Source: the human T2T-CHM13v2.0 reference genome, Homo sapiens
Assembly: GCF_009914755.1 (NCBI RefSeq)
Contig: NC_060947.1
Length of the DNA: 64,000 nt
Direction: 5' to 3' (one strand)
The notes beneath the pieces are model-generated. The model ran no database searches. It saw only the letters and a list, made by a program, of their open reading frames with translations, and was not told the origin of the DNA. Position 1 is the stretch's first letter. Each line of letters begins with the position of its first letter. Position numbers and translations under genes: made by a program. Of this stretch, positions 62,420 to 64,000 are shown piece by piece.

Positions 62420-63366
62420 TGTATTAGTCCGTTTTCATGCTGCTGATAAAGACATACCCAAAGCCGGGTGCGGTGGCTCACGCCTGTAATCCCAGCACCT
62501 TGGGAGGCTGAGGTGGGCAGATCACCTGAGGTCAGGAGTTTGAGACCAGCCTGGCCAACATGGTGAAACCCCATCTCTACTAAAAATACAAAACTTAGCC
62601 AGGCGTGGTGGCCCATGCCTGTTATCCCAGCTAATCAGGAGGCTGAGGCTGGAGAATCACTTGAACATGGGTGGCAGAGGTGGCAGTGAGCTGAGATTGC
62701 ACCACTGCAGTCCAGGCTGGGCAACAGAGTAAGACTTGGTCTCAAAAAAAAAAAAAAAAAAAAAAAAAAAAGCATACCCTAGATTGGGTAATTTATTTAA
62801 AAAAAGAGACATACCCGAGACTGGGAAATTTATAAAGAAAATGAGGTTCCATGGACTCACAGTTCCACATGGCTGAGGAGGCCTCACAGTCATGGTGGAA
62901 GGAGAAAGGCACATCTTACACGGTGGCAGGCAGAAGACAATGAGAGCCCAGTGAAAGCAGTTTCCCCTGATAAAACCATCAGATCTCATGAGACTTATTC
63001 ACGACCTCCAGGACAGTCTGGGGGAAACCAGCCCCATGATTCATTTATCTCCCACCCAGTCCCTCCCACAACACATGGGAATCATGGGAGCTACAATTCA
63101 AGATGAGATTTGGGTGGGGACACCACAACACATGGGAATCATGGGAGATGCAATTCAAGATGAGATTTGGTTGGGGACACCACAATACATGGGAATCATG
63201 GGAGATACAATTCAAGATGAGATTTGGTTGGGGACACCACAATACATGGGAATCATGGGAGATACAATTCAAGATGAGATTTGGTTGGGGACACCACAAT
63301 ACATGGGAATCATGGGAGATACAATTCAAGATGAGATTTGAGTAGGGACACAGCCAAATCATATTA
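62420..63366 (-). mobile_element. THE1 solo LTR containing an Alu (62464-62771, +) and a 57-bp repeat
   Basis: TGTATTAGTCC start; perfect 5-bp TSD GAGTA (62415-62419 and 63367-63371). Confidence 0.92.
63069..63352. repeat. Tandem repeat, 57-bp THE1-derived unit, ~5 copies
   Basis: Units at 63069, 63126, 63183, 63240 and 63297. Confidence 0.96.
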
Positions 63367-63544
63367 GAGTATAATTGGATTGTTTGTAACACAAAGGATA
63401 AATGCTTGAGGGCATGCAAGCTCCATTCTCCATGATGTGATTATGAAGCATTGCATGCTTGTATCAAAACATCCTCTCTGCACGGTGCATTGAACATGAA
63501 TTATGCCATGTTGACTGTGTGTGATATCTGATGTATACAAAAAC

Positions 63545-63780
63545 GGAGGTCAAGGCCCAAACACTGGGAGCACCAATGTCCAAGAGCATGAGAAGCTGGA
63601 GGTCCCGGTTCCAGGTAAGGAAAAGAGAATATAGTCTCCCTTCATCTGCATTTTCATTCTCTGCAAATCCCTCAGTGGAGAGGACAGTACCCATCCCCAT
63701 TGGTGAGGGTGGTCTTTACTCAGTCTACCTATTGAAATGCTCATCTCTTCCCAAAACACCCTCGCAGACACACCCAGTCT
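63545..63780 (-). mobile_element. MLT2-like (ERVL) LTR fragment
   Basis: CTTTACTCAGTCTACCTATTGAAATGCTCATCTCTTCCCAAAACACCCTCGCAGACACACCCAG. Confidence 0.75.
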
Positions 63781-63790
63781 GGGTGTGAAA

Positions 63791-64000
63791 AATGGGAGTT
63801 GAACAATGAGAACACATGGACACAGGGAGGGGAACATCACACACCAGGGCCTGCCGGGGGGTGGGGGGATAGGGGAGGGAGAGCATTAGGAGAAATACCT
63901 AATGTAGATGACAGGTTGATGGGTGCAGCAAACCACCATGGCACATGTATACCTGTGTAACAAACCTGCACGTTTTGCCCATGTACCCCAGAACTTAAAG
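63791..64000 (+). mobile_element. L1PA 3'UTR, running off the window end
   Basis: GGGAGTTGAACAATGAGAACACATGG...CCCAGAACTTAAAG. Confidence 0.94.

Larger units (their letters stand above)
62341..63475 (+). mobile_element. L1MA-like 3' fragment split by a THE1 LTR
   Basis: ACAACAGGGTGACTAT...AACTAAAAGAGTA | TAATTGGATTGTTTGTAACACAAAGGATAAATGCTTGAGG. Confidence 0.75.

Overview
Primate (human or great-ape) non-coding genomic DNA, very rich in repeats. It contains roughly 65-70 Alu elements or fragments, several L1PA 3' ends, an old fragmented L1M, many MaLR LTRs (THE1, MST, MLT1), an MLT2 fragment, ERV1-type solo LTRs, four long purine/pyrimidine tracts and at least seven tandem arrays. I found no credible protein-coding gene, RNA gene or CRISPR array; the long ORFs come from minisatellites, Alus, L1 or low-complexity DNA. 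The mix of large VNTRs, tandem MLT1 repeats and recurrent TGTCATCCCAGC Alu variants suggests a subtelomeric, high-recombination region such as PAR1/Xp22.33, but this is an unverified inference. The most notable observations are: (1) a window-wide A>C/T>G substitution signature at TA[A/T] sites, seen across unrelated repeat families; (2) repeated independent origin of tandem arrays from MaLR LTR segments; (3) a 3.9-kb minisatellite whose unit variants preserve frame, giving ~850-codon ORFs on both strands; (4) many local duplications and chimeric Alus consistent with unequal exchange. Coordinates were read by eye (about +/-10-20 bp), and subfamily names come from recalled consensus sequences rather than a database search.
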